This document shows, in pieces, positions 18,862 to 29,100 of a stretch of DNA of 64,000 bases (position 1 is its first letter; every line of letters begins with the position of its first letter). Source of the DNA: an uncultured Prevotellaceae bacterium (GTDB taxonomy: Bacteria; Bacteroidota; Bacteroidia; Bacteroidales; Bacteroidaceae); the NCBI GenBank assembly GCA_902761605.1, contig CACWLC010000008.1:45956-109955 (forward strand). The letters run 5' to 3'. The notes under the pieces were generated by a model. That model worked only from the letters and a program-made list of their open reading frames with translations, did not search any database and was not told the origin of the DNA. The position numbers and the translations under genes were made by a program.

Positions 18862-20646
18862 TTACATGCGCTCAGGGACTTCGATGCCAAGGAGACCCAT
18901 GCCGTTCTTGATAATCTTAGCCACATTCTTGGCCAGCATCAAGCGGATAGCCTTTTTCTGCTCATCGGGCTCGTTAAGGATTGAGTAATCGTGGTAGAAC
19001 TGGTTGAACACCTTGGTAAGCTCGTAGCAGTAGTTTGCGATACCGCTTGGAGAATAATCCTTACCTGCCTGCTCTACAGCAGCACCAAACTCGTTCATCT
19101 TCTGAACCAGCTCCACCTCCTTTTCAGCCAGCGCAACCTGAGTTGCAGCAGGCTTCAAGCCCTCAGCCTCAGCCTTGCGCAAGATACTACGAATACGGGC
19201 ATAGGTATACTGGATAAAAGGACCTGTATTTCCGTTGAAATCAATACTTTCCTCTGGATTGAAGAGCATATTCTTACGAGCATCAACCTTCAGGATGAAG
19301 TACTTCAGGGCACCCATACCCACGATACGGGCTATCTCACGACGTTCCTCTTCGGTCATATCATCGAATTTGCCAAGTTCCATCGAGGTCTTATAGGCAT
19401 CTTCTACCATCAGAGCCATCAGGTCGTCAGCATCAACTACCGTTCCCTCACGGCTCTTCATCTTACCATTTGGCAATTCCACCATACCGTAAGAGAAGTG
19501 AGTCAGCTCCTTACCCCACTTGAAGCCCAGACGGTCGAGCAGGATTGATAGCACTTGGAAGTGGTAGTTCTGCTCATTGCCTACCACATAGATCATCTTG
19601 TCGATGGGATAATCCTGGAAACGCATCTCAGCTGTACCGATATCCTGTGTCATATATACTGAGGTGCCATCTGAACGCAAAAGAAGCTTCTGGTCGAGAC
19701 CCTCATTGGTGAGATCAGCCCATACAGAATTATCCTCGTGGCGCTCAAAGAGTCCCTTGGAGAGACCTTCCTCCACCTTAGCCTTACCCTTCAGATAGGT
19801 CTGGCTCTCGTAGTATATCTTATCGAATGATACGCCCATCTTCTTGTATGTCTCATCGAAGCCGGCATATACCCAGTTGTTCATCTTCTCCCAGAGGGCA
19901 CGAACCTCAGGGTCGTTCTGCTCCCACTTCACCAGCATCTCGTGAGCCTCCTTAATGAGTGGAGCCTCCTGCTTGGCTTTTTCTTCGTCCATACCCTGGG
20001 CAACGAGTTCCTTAATCTCCTCACGATAGTGCTTGTCGAAGGCTACATAGTAGTCGCCAATAAGGTGGTCGCCCTTCTTGCCAGACGACTCTGGAGTCTC
20101 ACCATTGCCGTATTTCAGCCAGGCGAGCATCGACTTACAGATGTGGATACCACGGTCATTCACGATATTGGTCTTCACCACCTTGTTGCCGTTGGCCTCC
20201 ATAATCTGAGCCAAGCTCCAACCCAGCAGGTTGTTACGCACATGACCCAAATGCAGGGGTTTGTTGGTGTTAGGCGATGAGTATTCAATCATCACGAGAG
20301 GAGAGTTTTCGTCGGCCTTCTTCATTCCGAAGTTGTCGTCGGCATCGATGGCACTGAGCAACTCCACCCATGCACCATCACCGATGCTCAGGTTCAGGAA
20401 GCCCTTCACCACATTAAACTTCTCCACTGCCGAACAGTTATTCGTCAGATATTCGCCAATCTCCTGTGCTGTCTGCTCAGGACTCTTCTTGGCAGCCTTT
20501 ACGAAAGGAAAAACCACCAGAGTCAGGTTTCCCTCAAACTCACTTCTTGTCTTCTGCAGCTGCAGCATCTTCTCTGTGGCGTCCATGCCATAGAGAGCCT
20601 TCACGGCATCACCCGCAGCCTTGCTAATCAACGCTTCAATATTCAT
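18862..20646 (-). CDS. argS: Arginyl-tRNA synthetase
   Basis: EYSSPNTNKPLHLGH, KMKSREG, C-terminal PERM. Confidence 0.97.
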   Translation of the reverse strand: MNIEALISKAAGDAVKALYGMDATEKMLQLQKTRSEFEGNLTLVVFPFVKAAKKSPEQTAQEIGEYLTNNCSAVEKFNVVKGFLNLSIGDGAWVELLSAIDADDNFGMKKADENSPLVMIEYSSPNTNKPLHLGHVRNNLLGWSLAQIMEANGNKVVKTNIVNDRGIHICKSMLAWLKYGNGETPESSGKKGDHLIGDYYVAFDKHYREEIKELVAQGMDEEKAKQEAPLIKEAHEMLVKWEQNDPEVRALWEKMNNWVYAGFDETYKKMGVSFDKIYYESQTYLKGKAKVEEGLSKGLFERHEDNSVWADLTNEGLDQKLLLRSDGTSVYMTQDIGTAEMRFQDYPIDKMIYVVGNEQNYHFQVLSILLDRLGFKWGKELTHFSYGMVELPNGKMKSREGTVVDADDLMALMVEDAYKTSMELGKFDDMTEEERREIARIVGMGALKYFILKVDARKNMLFNPEESIDFNGNTGPFIQYTYARIRSILRKAEAEGLKPAATQVALAEKEVELVQKMNEFGAAVEQAGKDYSPSGIANYCYELTKVFNQFYHDYSILNEPDEQKKAIRLMLAKNVAKIIKNGMGLLGIEVPERM

Positions 20647-20755
20647 TGGTATACCTTAATATATTTCGAAATCGGGTGCAAAGGTACGAATAAGTGAGAA
20701 GAAAACCAAAAGTTTTTTGGCTTTTTCCGAAATTCGCACTATCTTTGCAGCCCGA

Positions 20756-22180
20756 ATGAGCATATTAATCACTGTCATAGCATATTTCGCCATACTCTTC
20801 GGCATCAGTCACCTTACGAGAGGGAAGGCTGACAACAACACATTTTTCCGTGCCAACCGTCGTGCCCCGTGGTATATGGTAGCTTTCGGAATGGTGGGAG
20901 CCTCGATTTCCGGGGTGACGTTTGTCTCTGTGCCGGGAATGGTGCTGACCTCGCAGATGACCTATCTGCAGATGTGCATGGGATTCATCGTGGGTTACAT
21001 CGCTATAGCGTTTGTACTGTTACCGCTTTATTATCGCCTGCAGCTAACGAGCATATATACCTACTTAGGTCAAAGGCTGGGCAACCGTTCCTATCTTACA
21101 GGCGCCTGGTTCTTCCTGATATCCAAGATGATAGGTGCAGCAGTGAGGTTCTATGTGGTTTGTATCATCCTCCAACAGTTTGTGTTCGACCCGGCAGGTA
21201 TCCCATTTGCCGTCAATGTCGTAGGAATGGTGATGCTCATCTGGCTCTATACCCGTCGAGGGGGCATCGGCACACTGGTATTCACGGATACCTTCCAGAC
21301 CATCTGTCTGTTTACTGCTTTGGTGCTGATTATCATGGAGGCAATCAGCCAAATGAATCTTTCTGTTGGCGAGGCTGTAAGAGTAATCTCAGATAATCCG
21401 ATGAGCCGTATCTTCGTGTTCGACGACTGGGTGTCGCCACATAATTTCTGGAAACAGTTTCTCAGCGGTGCCTTTATCGCTATCGTGATGACGGGCCTCG
21501 ACCAGGATATGATGCAGAAGAATCTGACAATCAAGTCATTGAAGGATGCCCAAAAGGATATGTGTACCTATGGTGTCGCCTTCGTTCCAGCCAACCTTCT
21601 CTTCCTGGCCTTAGGTGTCCTTTTGGCCATCCTTACTGGCGACGTCACTGGCCTCAAGGGCGACGAGTTATTGCCAGGTTTCGTTCAGGGCGCAGCTGAT
21701 TATCATTTATCTTTTATCATTTATCATTTATTTATCCTCGGCATCCTGGCAGCCTCATTCTCAAGTGCCGATTCCGCATTAACAGCCCTTACCACCTGTT
21801 ACTGCGTAGATATCCGTCGTCAGCCTGGCAACGAAACCCTTCGCAAACGGATGCATATTGCCATCTGTGCTGTATTCGTAATCTTCATCATCCTATTCCG
21901 GGCCATCAACTCCACTTCGCTCATCGATGCCATCTATACTATAGCATCATACACATACGGTCCGCTGTTAGGACTTTTCGCCTTCGGACTTTTCACGCAT
22001 CGCAAACCAAATGACAAGCTTGTGCCTTATATCTGCATAGCCTCTCCCTTGCTTTGCTATGCTCTCGACGTGGCAACCCAACAGCTTTGGGGTTACCGCT
22101 TTGGCTATGAGCTCCTGATGCTCAACGGATTACTGACCTTCTCCGGCCTCTGGCTAAGCTCAAATCACTTGAATCGGTAA
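20756..22180 (+). CDS. Sodium:solute symporter
   Basis: Multi-TM; ASISGVTFVSVPG and GLDQDMMQK motifs. Confidence 0.9.
   Translation: MSILITVIAYFAILFGISHLTRGKADNNTFFRANRRAPWYMVAFGMVGASISGVTFVSVPGMVLTSQMTYLQMCMGFIVGYIAIAFVLLPLYYRLQLTSIYTYLGQRLGNRSYLTGAWFFLISKMIGAAVRFYVVCIILQQFVFDPAGIPFAVNVVGMVMLIWLYTRRGGIGTLVFTDTFQTICLFTALVLIIMEAISQMNLSVGEAVRVISDNPMSRIFVFDDWVSPHNFWKQFLSGAFIAIVMTGLDQDMMQKNLTIKSLKDAQKDMCTYGVAFVPANLLFLALGVLLAILTGDVTGLKGDELLPGFVQGAADYHLSFIIYHLFILGILAASFSSADSALTALTTCYCVDIRRQPGNETLRKRMHIAICAVFVIFIILFRAINSTSLIDAIYTIASYTYGPLLGLFAFGLFTHRKPNDKLVPYICIASPLLCYALDVATQQLWGYRFGYELLMLNGLLTFSGLWLSSNHLNR
21700..21727. repeat. Heptamer tandem repeat (TTATCAT) inside the symporter gene
   Basis: TTATCAT TTATCTT TTATCAT TTATCAT. 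Confidence 0.75.
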
Positions 22181-22923
22181 TATACACCGATGGTACCGTA
22201 GATGGGATAAAGAGTCTGCTCTACAGTCTTGAAGTCACCTGGGAAGACGCCTGTCAGACCCCAGTTCAGGTCGGCTGACAGACCTATGCGCTTGTGCACC
22301 TGCCAGTCGGCACCAATACCGATACCAAACTGCACGCTGCGCATGTCATCTTTGAATTCATAAGTGGCCCATTCTCCCTCCTTGCTACCCATAAGGATCT
22401 TAGCTCCTGTTGGATTGTCTTTCCTCAGATATCCGTCAGATGCAATACCGCTGAACTCCTTGTTCAGAAGGAACGACACATAAGGTCCGCCCTTCAGCAT
22501 CACCTTGTTGCCTAACTTGAATGTTGCCTGTACGGGAATGGTCAGCATCCACTGCTTTACTTTCTGCTCTACATGACCGGTAAAGAGACCTGCCATCTGC
22601 TGGTCGCCCTTCACCACCTCCATATAGTAAGCCTTGGTGGTGACAGCAGCCTTCATGCCTTTGTTCTCGAAACGCAGACCTGCCATAACTCCCCACTTCT
22701 GAGAGAGTGGCAGCATGGCATCGAGTCCCACCATAAACGATGGAGTAAGATTATAGCTTTCGATACTACGGATGGTCTCAGGCAACGGGAGTGGTGACGT
22801 ACCACCGATGCTATAGCCCACACGAGCCTTCACTTCCAGACTATCAAGCGTGCCGGCATTTGCCGTGTTGCCGATAAACAAAGCCGTCGCTATAAGTATG
22901 ATGTATGCAATATTCTTTTTCAT
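22165..22923 (-). CDS. Outer membrane beta-barrel protein (PorT-like family)
   Basis: Signal peptide, amphipathic strands, terminal YYRFK. Confidence 0.75.
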   Translation of the reverse strand: MKKNIAYIILIATALFIGNTANAGTLDSLEVKARVGYSIGGTSPLPLPETIRSIESYNLTPSFMVGLDAMLPLSQKWGVMAGLRFENKGMKAAVTTKAYYMEVVKGDQQMAGLFTGHVEQKVKQWMLTIPVQATFKLGNKVMLKGGPYVSFLLNKEFSGIASDGYLRKDNPTGAKILMGSKEGEWATYEFKDDMRSVQFGIGIGADWQVHKRIGLSADLNWGLTGVFPGDFKTVEQTLYPIYGTIGVYYRFK

Positions 22924-22962
22924 TATTTCATTATTTCATTATTTCATTTTTTCATTTTTACC

Positions 22963-24132
22963 TTATTTCTCATACGATACTTCTACTTCATCAATATAGA
23001 GAGTGCTACCTATTGCACCCTCGAACTGGGCTCCGCTCTTACTCGACGAGAACACCAGAGCCAGATTGCAGCCCATGGCATTAACGATGTCGTCTGGCGC
23101 ATCCTTTCCTTCGAAGAACATCTCCCACTGTGTCCACGTATCAGTAGCTGGTAATGATTTCACACGAGCCACCTTATATACCAGCGGATTGTCAAGTATC
23201 TTGTCGAGGTCTTCTACTGAGTGGCCATCAAGAACATAGGTATTGCCTGCATCATCTGTGTTACGATAGAACACAGCATAGATACTGGCTTCATCTACAC
23301 GATTAGGAATCTCTTTCATGTGCATGTCTGTAAACTTCTCGCCGGGCTTATACTTATACCAGCCAGTGATACGCACAGGCTCCCTGCCGTTGGGTACACC
23401 GAACTGAGTGGCTTTCAGAGGATCTGCCATCACATATTCTGTCACGAATTTGCCCAAGAAAAGGCTTCCTGCAGCGATAGGCTTATTGAAAGCCTCTCCC
23501 ATTGCGCCAGCCGACTGGGTGTTCAGACAGACGCCCTTCCCTTCTTTACCCTTCGCTACAGAATAGGTGGGGAAAGACTCTGGTTTGGCATCATTCATCA
23601 AAAGTGCAGTTCCCGGATTGCCGGTTGCCCAGCAATAATCCTCTTTGCCATCACTCGCATTCTCATAGAAGTAATGGATCTCGTTGTATTGGTAGAACAT
23701 AGTTCTCTCCCTACGTGTCTCCACATTCTCAAAGCTGTACTTCGATGCTGGCAACGCTGCCTCCCTGAATATCACATTGTATGTACGTTTCCACTGTCCA
23801 TCCTCTGCAGTTACAGTATAGGTAACGGGACCTTTTGTGAAATCCTGCTTCGAGCCGTTGGCTGGTTCGATAGTGGCACCTTCAGTAATCTTGAAGTTCA
23901 GGGGAATATCTTTACTCAAAGAGATAAGCGAACGAACAGAGAATATGATGTCTGTATCAATCGAACCAATAGACTCTTTACGCATCTCATTTGTACGATA
24001 GAAATATTGTTGATACTCCTCACCTTCTATCCAGACGCTTTCGATGTCACACTCCTTGTTGGGAGCCTCGTCTTTGATACATGATGTTAAGCTGCAACAA
24101 CACAAGGCAATAGAAATAATGTACTTTCTCAT
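22963..24132 (-). CDS. PCMD-domain lipoprotein
   Basis: Lipobox LTSC; WATGNPG, IAAGSLFLG and GSTLYIDEV motifs; start MRKYIIS at 24132. Confidence 0.8.
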   Translation of the reverse strand: MRKYIISIALCCCSLTSCIKDEAPNKECDIESVWIEGEEYQQYFYRTNEMRKESIGSIDTDIIFSVRSLISLSKDIPLNFKITEGATIEPANGSKQDFTKGPVTYTVTAEDGQWKRTYNVIFREAALPASKYSFENVETRRERTMFYQYNEIHYFYENASDGKEDYCWATGNPGTALLMNDAKPESFPTYSVAKGKEGKGVCLNTQSAGAMGEAFNKPIAAGSLFLGKFVTEYVMADPLKATQFGVPNGREPVRITGWYKYKPGEKFTDMHMKEIPNRVDEASIYAVFYRNTDDAGNTYVLDGHSVEDLDKILDNPLVYKVARVKSLPATDTWTQWEMFFEGKDAPDDIVNAMGCNLALVFSSSKSGAQFEGAIGSTLYIDEVEVSYEK

Positions 24133-24249
24133 TTTTAAATCAAATTTGAATTCGGCTGCAAAAGTACAAATAAAAAAACAAACCACCAAAATATTTGGAT
24201 ATTTGAATAATTTTTTGTATCTTTGCAGTATAATTGAAACAAAGAAGAT

Positions 24250-24873
24250 ATGCCGAAAAAGAACAGTGGAATGTGGTATGAGGTACACCCGACGCCAGTG
24301 AAAGGCGAGGACGGGAAGAACCTTTTGTATGTGCGCCCGAAGAGTGGAATGAAGCTGACTATGAAGGAGCTGGAAGACTACTGCGAACGCACTTACAACA
24401 TGCGATATAGCGAGATGAGCCGTGCCTTCGATGTCTTTATCCGTGCGGCTGGAAGGTTTCTGGCCGAGGGCTATCGCATCGAGACACCCATTGGTTCTTT
24501 TGCACCAAAGCTGTCGCTGACAAAACAGGTCACCGATCCTGACGCAGTAAAAGACCGTGATGTCAAACTCGACGGTGTGGAATATAACCCAGGAAAACTG
24601 TGGGACAAGGCCATCGACTACTGGCTCGACGGATTCCGACGCTATCATAATACTGACACACAGGAGCTCATGGCCGACAAGGAGAAGCTGGAGCAGATGA
24701 TGCGAGAGTGCATCCAGAAATATGGCGGCTTTATCACAGCCGGCAGGTTCTCTCGTTTTTCAGGACTGACCCTCTATTCTGCCCGTAAGCAGCTCAACGA
24801 GTGGACCAAAGGCGACAATCCCAAGTTGCTGAAAACAAAGATGGGCAAGGAGCATATCTATACGGAGATTTAG
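24250..24873 (+). CDS. HU-family (Bacteroidota HU-like) DNA-binding protein with C-terminal HTH
   Basis: LAEGYRIETPIGSFAPKL HU-like motif; ITAGRFSRFSGL..YSARKQL helix-turn-helix-like tail. Confidence 0.7.
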   Translation: MPKKNSGMWYEVHPTPVKGEDGKNLLYVRPKSGMKLTMKELEDYCERTYNMRYSEMSRAFDVFIRAAGRFLAEGYRIETPIGSFAPKLSLTKQVTDPDAVKDRDVKLDGVEYNPGKLWDKAIDYWLDGFRRYHNTDTQELMADKEKLEQMMRECIQKYGGFITAGRFSRFSGLTLYSARKQLNEWTKGDNPKLLKTKMGKEHIYTEI

Positions 24874-24906
24874 TGCTCCATTATAGACGGGCATCATCCG
24901 GAAATA

Positions 24907-24970
24907 CGATTGATTTCGAGTATAAGGAAACGATTGTTTGCGTATAGGCAGACAATCGATTGTGTATAGG
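24907..24970. repeat. REP-like hairpin/repeat downstream of the HU-like gene
   Basis: CGATTGTTTGC...GCAGACAATCG hairpin; CGATTG and GTATA(A/G)G repeated. Confidence 0.55.
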
Positions 24971-25100
24971 CGCAAGGCAGAAAGATGCCTTCTCACTCCC
25001 TGTTAGCCTTAATCCTTTCCCTTGCGGGCATTAATCCTTTCCCCTTCTATACCTAATACTGTCAATGACACCAGTTAATACCGCCAAACATCCCCAGCAA

Positions 25101-25260
25101 AAACGGTCACGGTCACAGCTGTGACCATGTGACCTTACATTATAGCAAAATTATACAAATTCAAAATAAAACACTTATTATCAAATGGTTATAATCTCAC
25201 CACCACTCGTATTTACCCTCCATTGGTCACATGGTCACAGCTGTGACCATGTGACCGTTT
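25101..25260. repeat. Paired palindromes flanking an IHF-like box
   Basis: Perfect 32-bp palindrome 25225-25256; near copy 25105-25134; TATCAAATGGTTA (WATCAANNNNTTR) at 25179-25191. Confidence 0.85.
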
Positions 25261-25341
25261 GTCTACAAAGAATAAATAAAAACGCTTTTATTCCAATTTA
25301 TTTTCGTATCTTTGCAGTCCGAATGTTTAAAAACCGAATAT

Positions 25342-26745
25342 ATGAGCAACAAAGAACAGGATAAGATGCGCGAGTTGCTGGTGCTTGCTAAAGATCAGGA
25401 AACTCAGAAGATGATTGATATGATGGCATATAATTGGGAAGTCTGTGCAAGCCGTATGGAACAGATTACCAAGGAGCGCCAGCAGGGACTGTTTGATGAT
25501 AGCGGTGTTGAGGCAACGGCTGTGTTCAACCGCATGGAAAGAGTCGGAACATTGATGGCTGCCCTGAAGGATCGTCCTCAGGCATTACTGCTGAGGGGCT
25601 ATCGCGAGCAGTTAAGGAAGATGAACTCAGACCATCGCATGGATGCAGAGATAGCAGCTCTTATCTCGCCCAACCAAAGCCAAGAACTGAAGATAGACAC
25701 TCCTACCATCTGGCTCCGGCTGAAGGAGATGCTTGAGAAGAAGAAAACGGGAGCGGCTAAAGGTGACCCCGTTGTCAGAAAGATGTTTAAAGACCACTAT
25801 CTGCCAAATATGGACGATGAAGAGGCAATGGGCTGGATGCAGTCGCTCTCAAACCCTGAGCCGCCAAATGAAGAAACAGAGCAAGCCCAATTGGAGGCAA
25901 TCGAATCGATGGCCTATTTCGGACAGAGTATCGGAGAGGTGGCATCGGGCGCCAGACAGCAGATAGGCATTGGTCTCGTGATAATGCACCAGATGACACT
26001 CCTCTTCGCTGAACTGCTTGACATCAGGAATATGGCCGACGAGGAGGTCGATGCCCTCTTTGAGGAGGCAAAGAAAGAACTCCTTGAGAGTGATGCCTGG
26101 AAAAACTACTGGCGAGGACATATCAGTCATCTGTCGCTGATGAAGAACACATCACTGGCAGAAGAGCTCAGCAAAGACGCAGAAGAGGTGGAGCAGCAGC
26201 TTCTCGACCTTCATGGATATCTTTATAACCAGTGGGACGAGTCGCCAGAGGCCTTTGGCAAAGCCTTGAAGGAATCAGGCTTGACAGATGACGAAATGTT
26301 ACGCCTGCTGTTCCTTCTGGCAAAGAAGGAAGCTCTGGAGCAGGAAGGTGAGAACCCAGACGAGGATTTAGAGAAAATGCGGACGAATGTAAAGAAATAT
26401 GCCAATAAGCTTTTCAACTTGGCTGATGACAAGTACGACTCCATATATAACAAGGTGTGGGATGACATCGTCCAAAATCCCATCATCGCCTCTCAGCTCT
26501 CAAATTTCCGTAAAGGCAGGCATAATGATGGATTTCACATGCAATGCTTCTGTCATATTGTAGGCTGGATGCAAAGAAAATACCATATCTATGGCAACAA
26601 TTCCCCAGCGGATTTAGGAAATCAGCTTGGCGACAAATATACCAAAAATACATTCAAAGACTATATCAAGAAACATGATATCATACTTACAGCTCAGAGT
26701 ATCAAGGAGTTAGATGATATACTAAAGAAACATACCAGCAAATAA
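25342..26745 (+). CDS. Hypothetical helical, acidic protein
   Basis: Long ORF after -7 box TATCTTTG; no recognised motif. Confidence 0.7.
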   Translation: MSNKEQDKMRELLVLAKDQETQKMIDMMAYNWEVCASRMEQITKERQQGLFDDSGVEATAVFNRMERVGTLMAALKDRPQALLLRGYREQLRKMNSDHRMDAEIAALISPNQSQELKIDTPTIWLRLKEMLEKKKTGAAKGDPVVRKMFKDHYLPNMDDEEAMGWMQSLSNPEPPNEETEQAQLEAIESMAYFGQSIGEVASGARQQIGIGLVIMHQMTLLFAELLDIRNMADEEVDALFEEAKKELLESDAWKNYWRGHISHLSLMKNTSLAEELSKDAEEVEQQLLDLHGYLYNQWDESPEAFGKALKESGLTDDEMLRLLFLLAKKEALEQEGENPDEDLEKMRTNVKKYANKLFNLADDKYDSIYNKVWDDIVQNPIIASQLSNFRKGRHNDGFHMQCFCHIVGWMQRKYHIYGNNSPADLGNQLGDKYTKNTFKDYIKKHDIILTAQSIKELDDILKKHTSK

Positions 26746-26807
26746 CGTTCTGGGAAAAAACACTCAAAAAATAATTCCCTAAATTCCCAGGTAGCTTTGC
26801 AGCCGCT

Positions 26808-28970
26808 ATGATACAATTGGCATTATCATTTAGCGGCAAGCCTCGCCAGGCGAGCATGGCTGCTTACCGTCAACTGCTGGCGGAGAATCACGTAGAGGAA
26901 ATCCTCGCAGACGTGAAGCAGAACAAGAATTTGGATCGCAAGAAGGAACTGCCTGTTTGGCTTCCACTTGCAGAGTGTTTTAACAATGGTACGCGCAAGG
27001 CTGAAGATGCTGTAGCCTCAGGACTCTTTTTCCTCGACATCGACGAGAAAGGCCTGACAGAAGCTCTTTGGAAAAAGGTACAGGAGGAAAAACTCATCGA
27101 GGAATTCCGCATCGTATACTTTGCCGAGAGTGCTGGTGGGGGAACCCACATCTGGGCTTGGCGCACACCTGGTCTCTCTATCGAGGAGGACATCCAGAAG
27201 CTGGCGAGTCGGCTGGGTGTCAGTTACGACTCGCATGTTACGGATCTGTCCCGTTGCTGTTTTATGGTCTCAGAGCAGTATGTAAAGTTGCTTGATCCTG
27301 TGGTCTTCGAACCTCTCACTGAGGAGCAGCGAAAGCTCTATGCCCTGCCTATTAATAATAAGGTGGAGCAGACGGAGGTCGAAACAACACATCTCTCACC
27401 TCTCACCACTAGCCTCTCACCTCTAAATTACAAAGGCATCCCTTACGAGAAGATCGTTCAGACGATGCTTTGGAAACTGGGTTATGGCGATGCTCCTGCT
27501 GAGGGTGAGCGCAATACGGCCCTTTACACCATGAGCCGTTATCTGCGATTCATCTGCGACTTCGATGAGCAGAAGCTGTTCCAGATCCTACCCCACTGGG
27601 GACTCTCAGATCATGAGGTGATGACTACCATCAAGAGTGCTGTCTCGAGTGTCCGTCCTACAGAGATACCCTTGCTGATGAAGGAGGTGCTCACATCGAT
27701 GGGAACCGTACAGGAGGCAAGCGCAGAATGTGTCGATGATGCCTTCGTCGCCCCTGTAGACGATGATCTTCCTGGCATCCTTCAGGAGATAGCCGACCAC
27801 GCTCCTGAGGAGTTTAAGGAGGCCTCACTGATAGCGTCGATGCCGATGCTGGGAACTCTGGCTACGAGCGTACGAGCCAAGTATCGCGATGGTGAACTGA
27901 ACTCTGCCAGTTTCATTGTCAGTATCGAGGCACCTCAGGCTACGGGTAAGTCGTTCGCCGACAAGCTGTTTTATCTGCTCATGGACCCTATCATCAAGCA
28001 GGACGAGGTGGAATGGCAGAAGGAGATAGCCTACTCTCTGGCTAAGAAGGATGGCCAGGATGTGGAGAACCCCTGTTCCAACATCCGCATCATCGAACCC
28101 AATATCGGAGTGTCGGCATTGCTTGAGCGAGCCCTCTATGCCAAGGGAAAGCATCTCTTTACTCGCGCACCAGAGATTGAGACTGTCCTGAAGAACAATA
28201 AAGGCGGCGCCTGGACAGAGAAGAACGATCTCTTCCGCTTGGCCTACGATAACAAGCCCTGGGGTCAGCATCGCATCTCTAAGGACTCGTTCTCAGGTAA
28301 GGTCACGCTCTACTACAACATCCTGATGTGCGGAACGCCCAACAAGTGTCGTGCCTTCTTCGCGGATGTCGAGAGCGGACTGGTGAGCCGAGTGACACCT
28401 GTGGTACTGCCTGATATGGTAGGAGCCAAGATGCCTAAGTTCAAGATTTGGACTAAGGAAGAGGAAGAGAAGGTGAAGCGTCAGTGCCTCTGTCTGATGG
28501 ATGAGGAGGGCGAGGTAGATCTGCCTCTCATCAACCAGGCCATAGAGGAATGGGACGAGTCGAAGCGTCAGGAGTATCTGCAGACATTGCGTTACTCGCT
28601 CGATGTGTTCCGTCGACGTGCTGCCCTCAATGGTTTTCGAGCCGGCATCGTTGCCTATCTGCTCGAAGGTAGGAAGGAGACTGAGCGAGCCATAAAGTTT
28701 GCTGTCTGGTATGCCGAGCGCTGTCTCCACTACCAACTTCAGATCTATGGCGACAAGATCGATGCCCTCCACAATGACCAGCTGAGTACTCAGGCAGCAA
28801 AGGGAAATATCCGTTATCTGGATGCGCTCCCCAAGGAGTTCACTAAGGAGGATCTGGTATCCCTGCGCCTCTCCAATAATGAGTCGCCAGTGGTAAAGAC
28901 CATCATCTACCGCTGGGTCAAGGAAGGCAAGATCGAGAAGGTCGACGCCAACCTCTGGCGAAAGATCTGA
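26808..28970 (+). CDS. BT4734/VirE-N-type primase domain + PriCT-like + DUF3987-type P-loop protein
   Basis: KKELP, SGLFFLDID, ESAGGGTH, DLSRCCF; EGERN; APQATGKS P-loop; SGLVSR. Confidence 0.8.
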   Translation: MIQLALSFSGKPRQASMAAYRQLLAENHVEEILADVKQNKNLDRKKELPVWLPLAECFNNGTRKAEDAVASGLFFLDIDEKGLTEALWKKVQEEKLIEEFRIVYFAESAGGGTHIWAWRTPGLSIEEDIQKLASRLGVSYDSHVTDLSRCCFMVSEQYVKLLDPVVFEPLTEEQRKLYALPINNKVEQTEVETTHLSPLTTSLSPLNYKGIPYEKIVQTMLWKLGYGDAPAEGERNTALYTMSRYLRFICDFDEQKLFQILPHWGLSDHEVMTTIKSAVSSVRPTEIPLLMKEVLTSMGTVQEASAECVDDAFVAPVDDDLPGILQEIADHAPEEFKEASLIASMPMLGTLATSVRAKYRDGELNSASFIVSIEAPQATGKSFADKLFYLLMDPIIKQDEVEWQKEIAYSLAKKDGQDVENPCSNIRIIEPNIGVSALLERALYAKGKHLFTRAPEIETVLKNNKGGAWTEKNDLFRLAYDNKPWGQHRISKDSFSGKVTLYYNILMCGTPNKCRAFFADVESGLVSRVTPVVLPDMVGAKMPKFKIWTKEEEEKVKRQCLCLMDEEGEVDLPLINQAIEEWDESKRQEYLQTLRYSLDVFRRRAALNGFRAGIVAYLLEGRKETERAIKFAVWYAERCLHYQLQIYGDKIDALHNDQLSTQAAKGNIRYLDALPKEFTKEDLVSLRLSNNESPVVKTIIYRWVKEGKIEKVDANLWRKI

Positions 28971-28983
28971 CAAACAACTTTAA

Positions 28984-29012
28984 AGCCGGATGCTACGAAG
29001 CGTCCGGCTTTT
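28984..29012 (+). terminator. Intrinsic terminator
   Basis: AAGCCGGATGC TACGAA GCGTCCGGCTT followed by TT. Confidence 0.75.
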
Positions 29013-29100
29013 CTATAATGTTTTGCCAACTTTTTGGGGATGATGGTTTGTGGTTCTGAAAAAAAGTTGTACCTTTGCAGCCAAATTATTCTATAACGTT

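Noticed and set aside
24133..24648. Long N-terminal extension of the 561-aa ORF 22963-24648
   Set aside because: Overlaps the HU-like gene antisense; lipoprotein signal and promoter place the start at 24132
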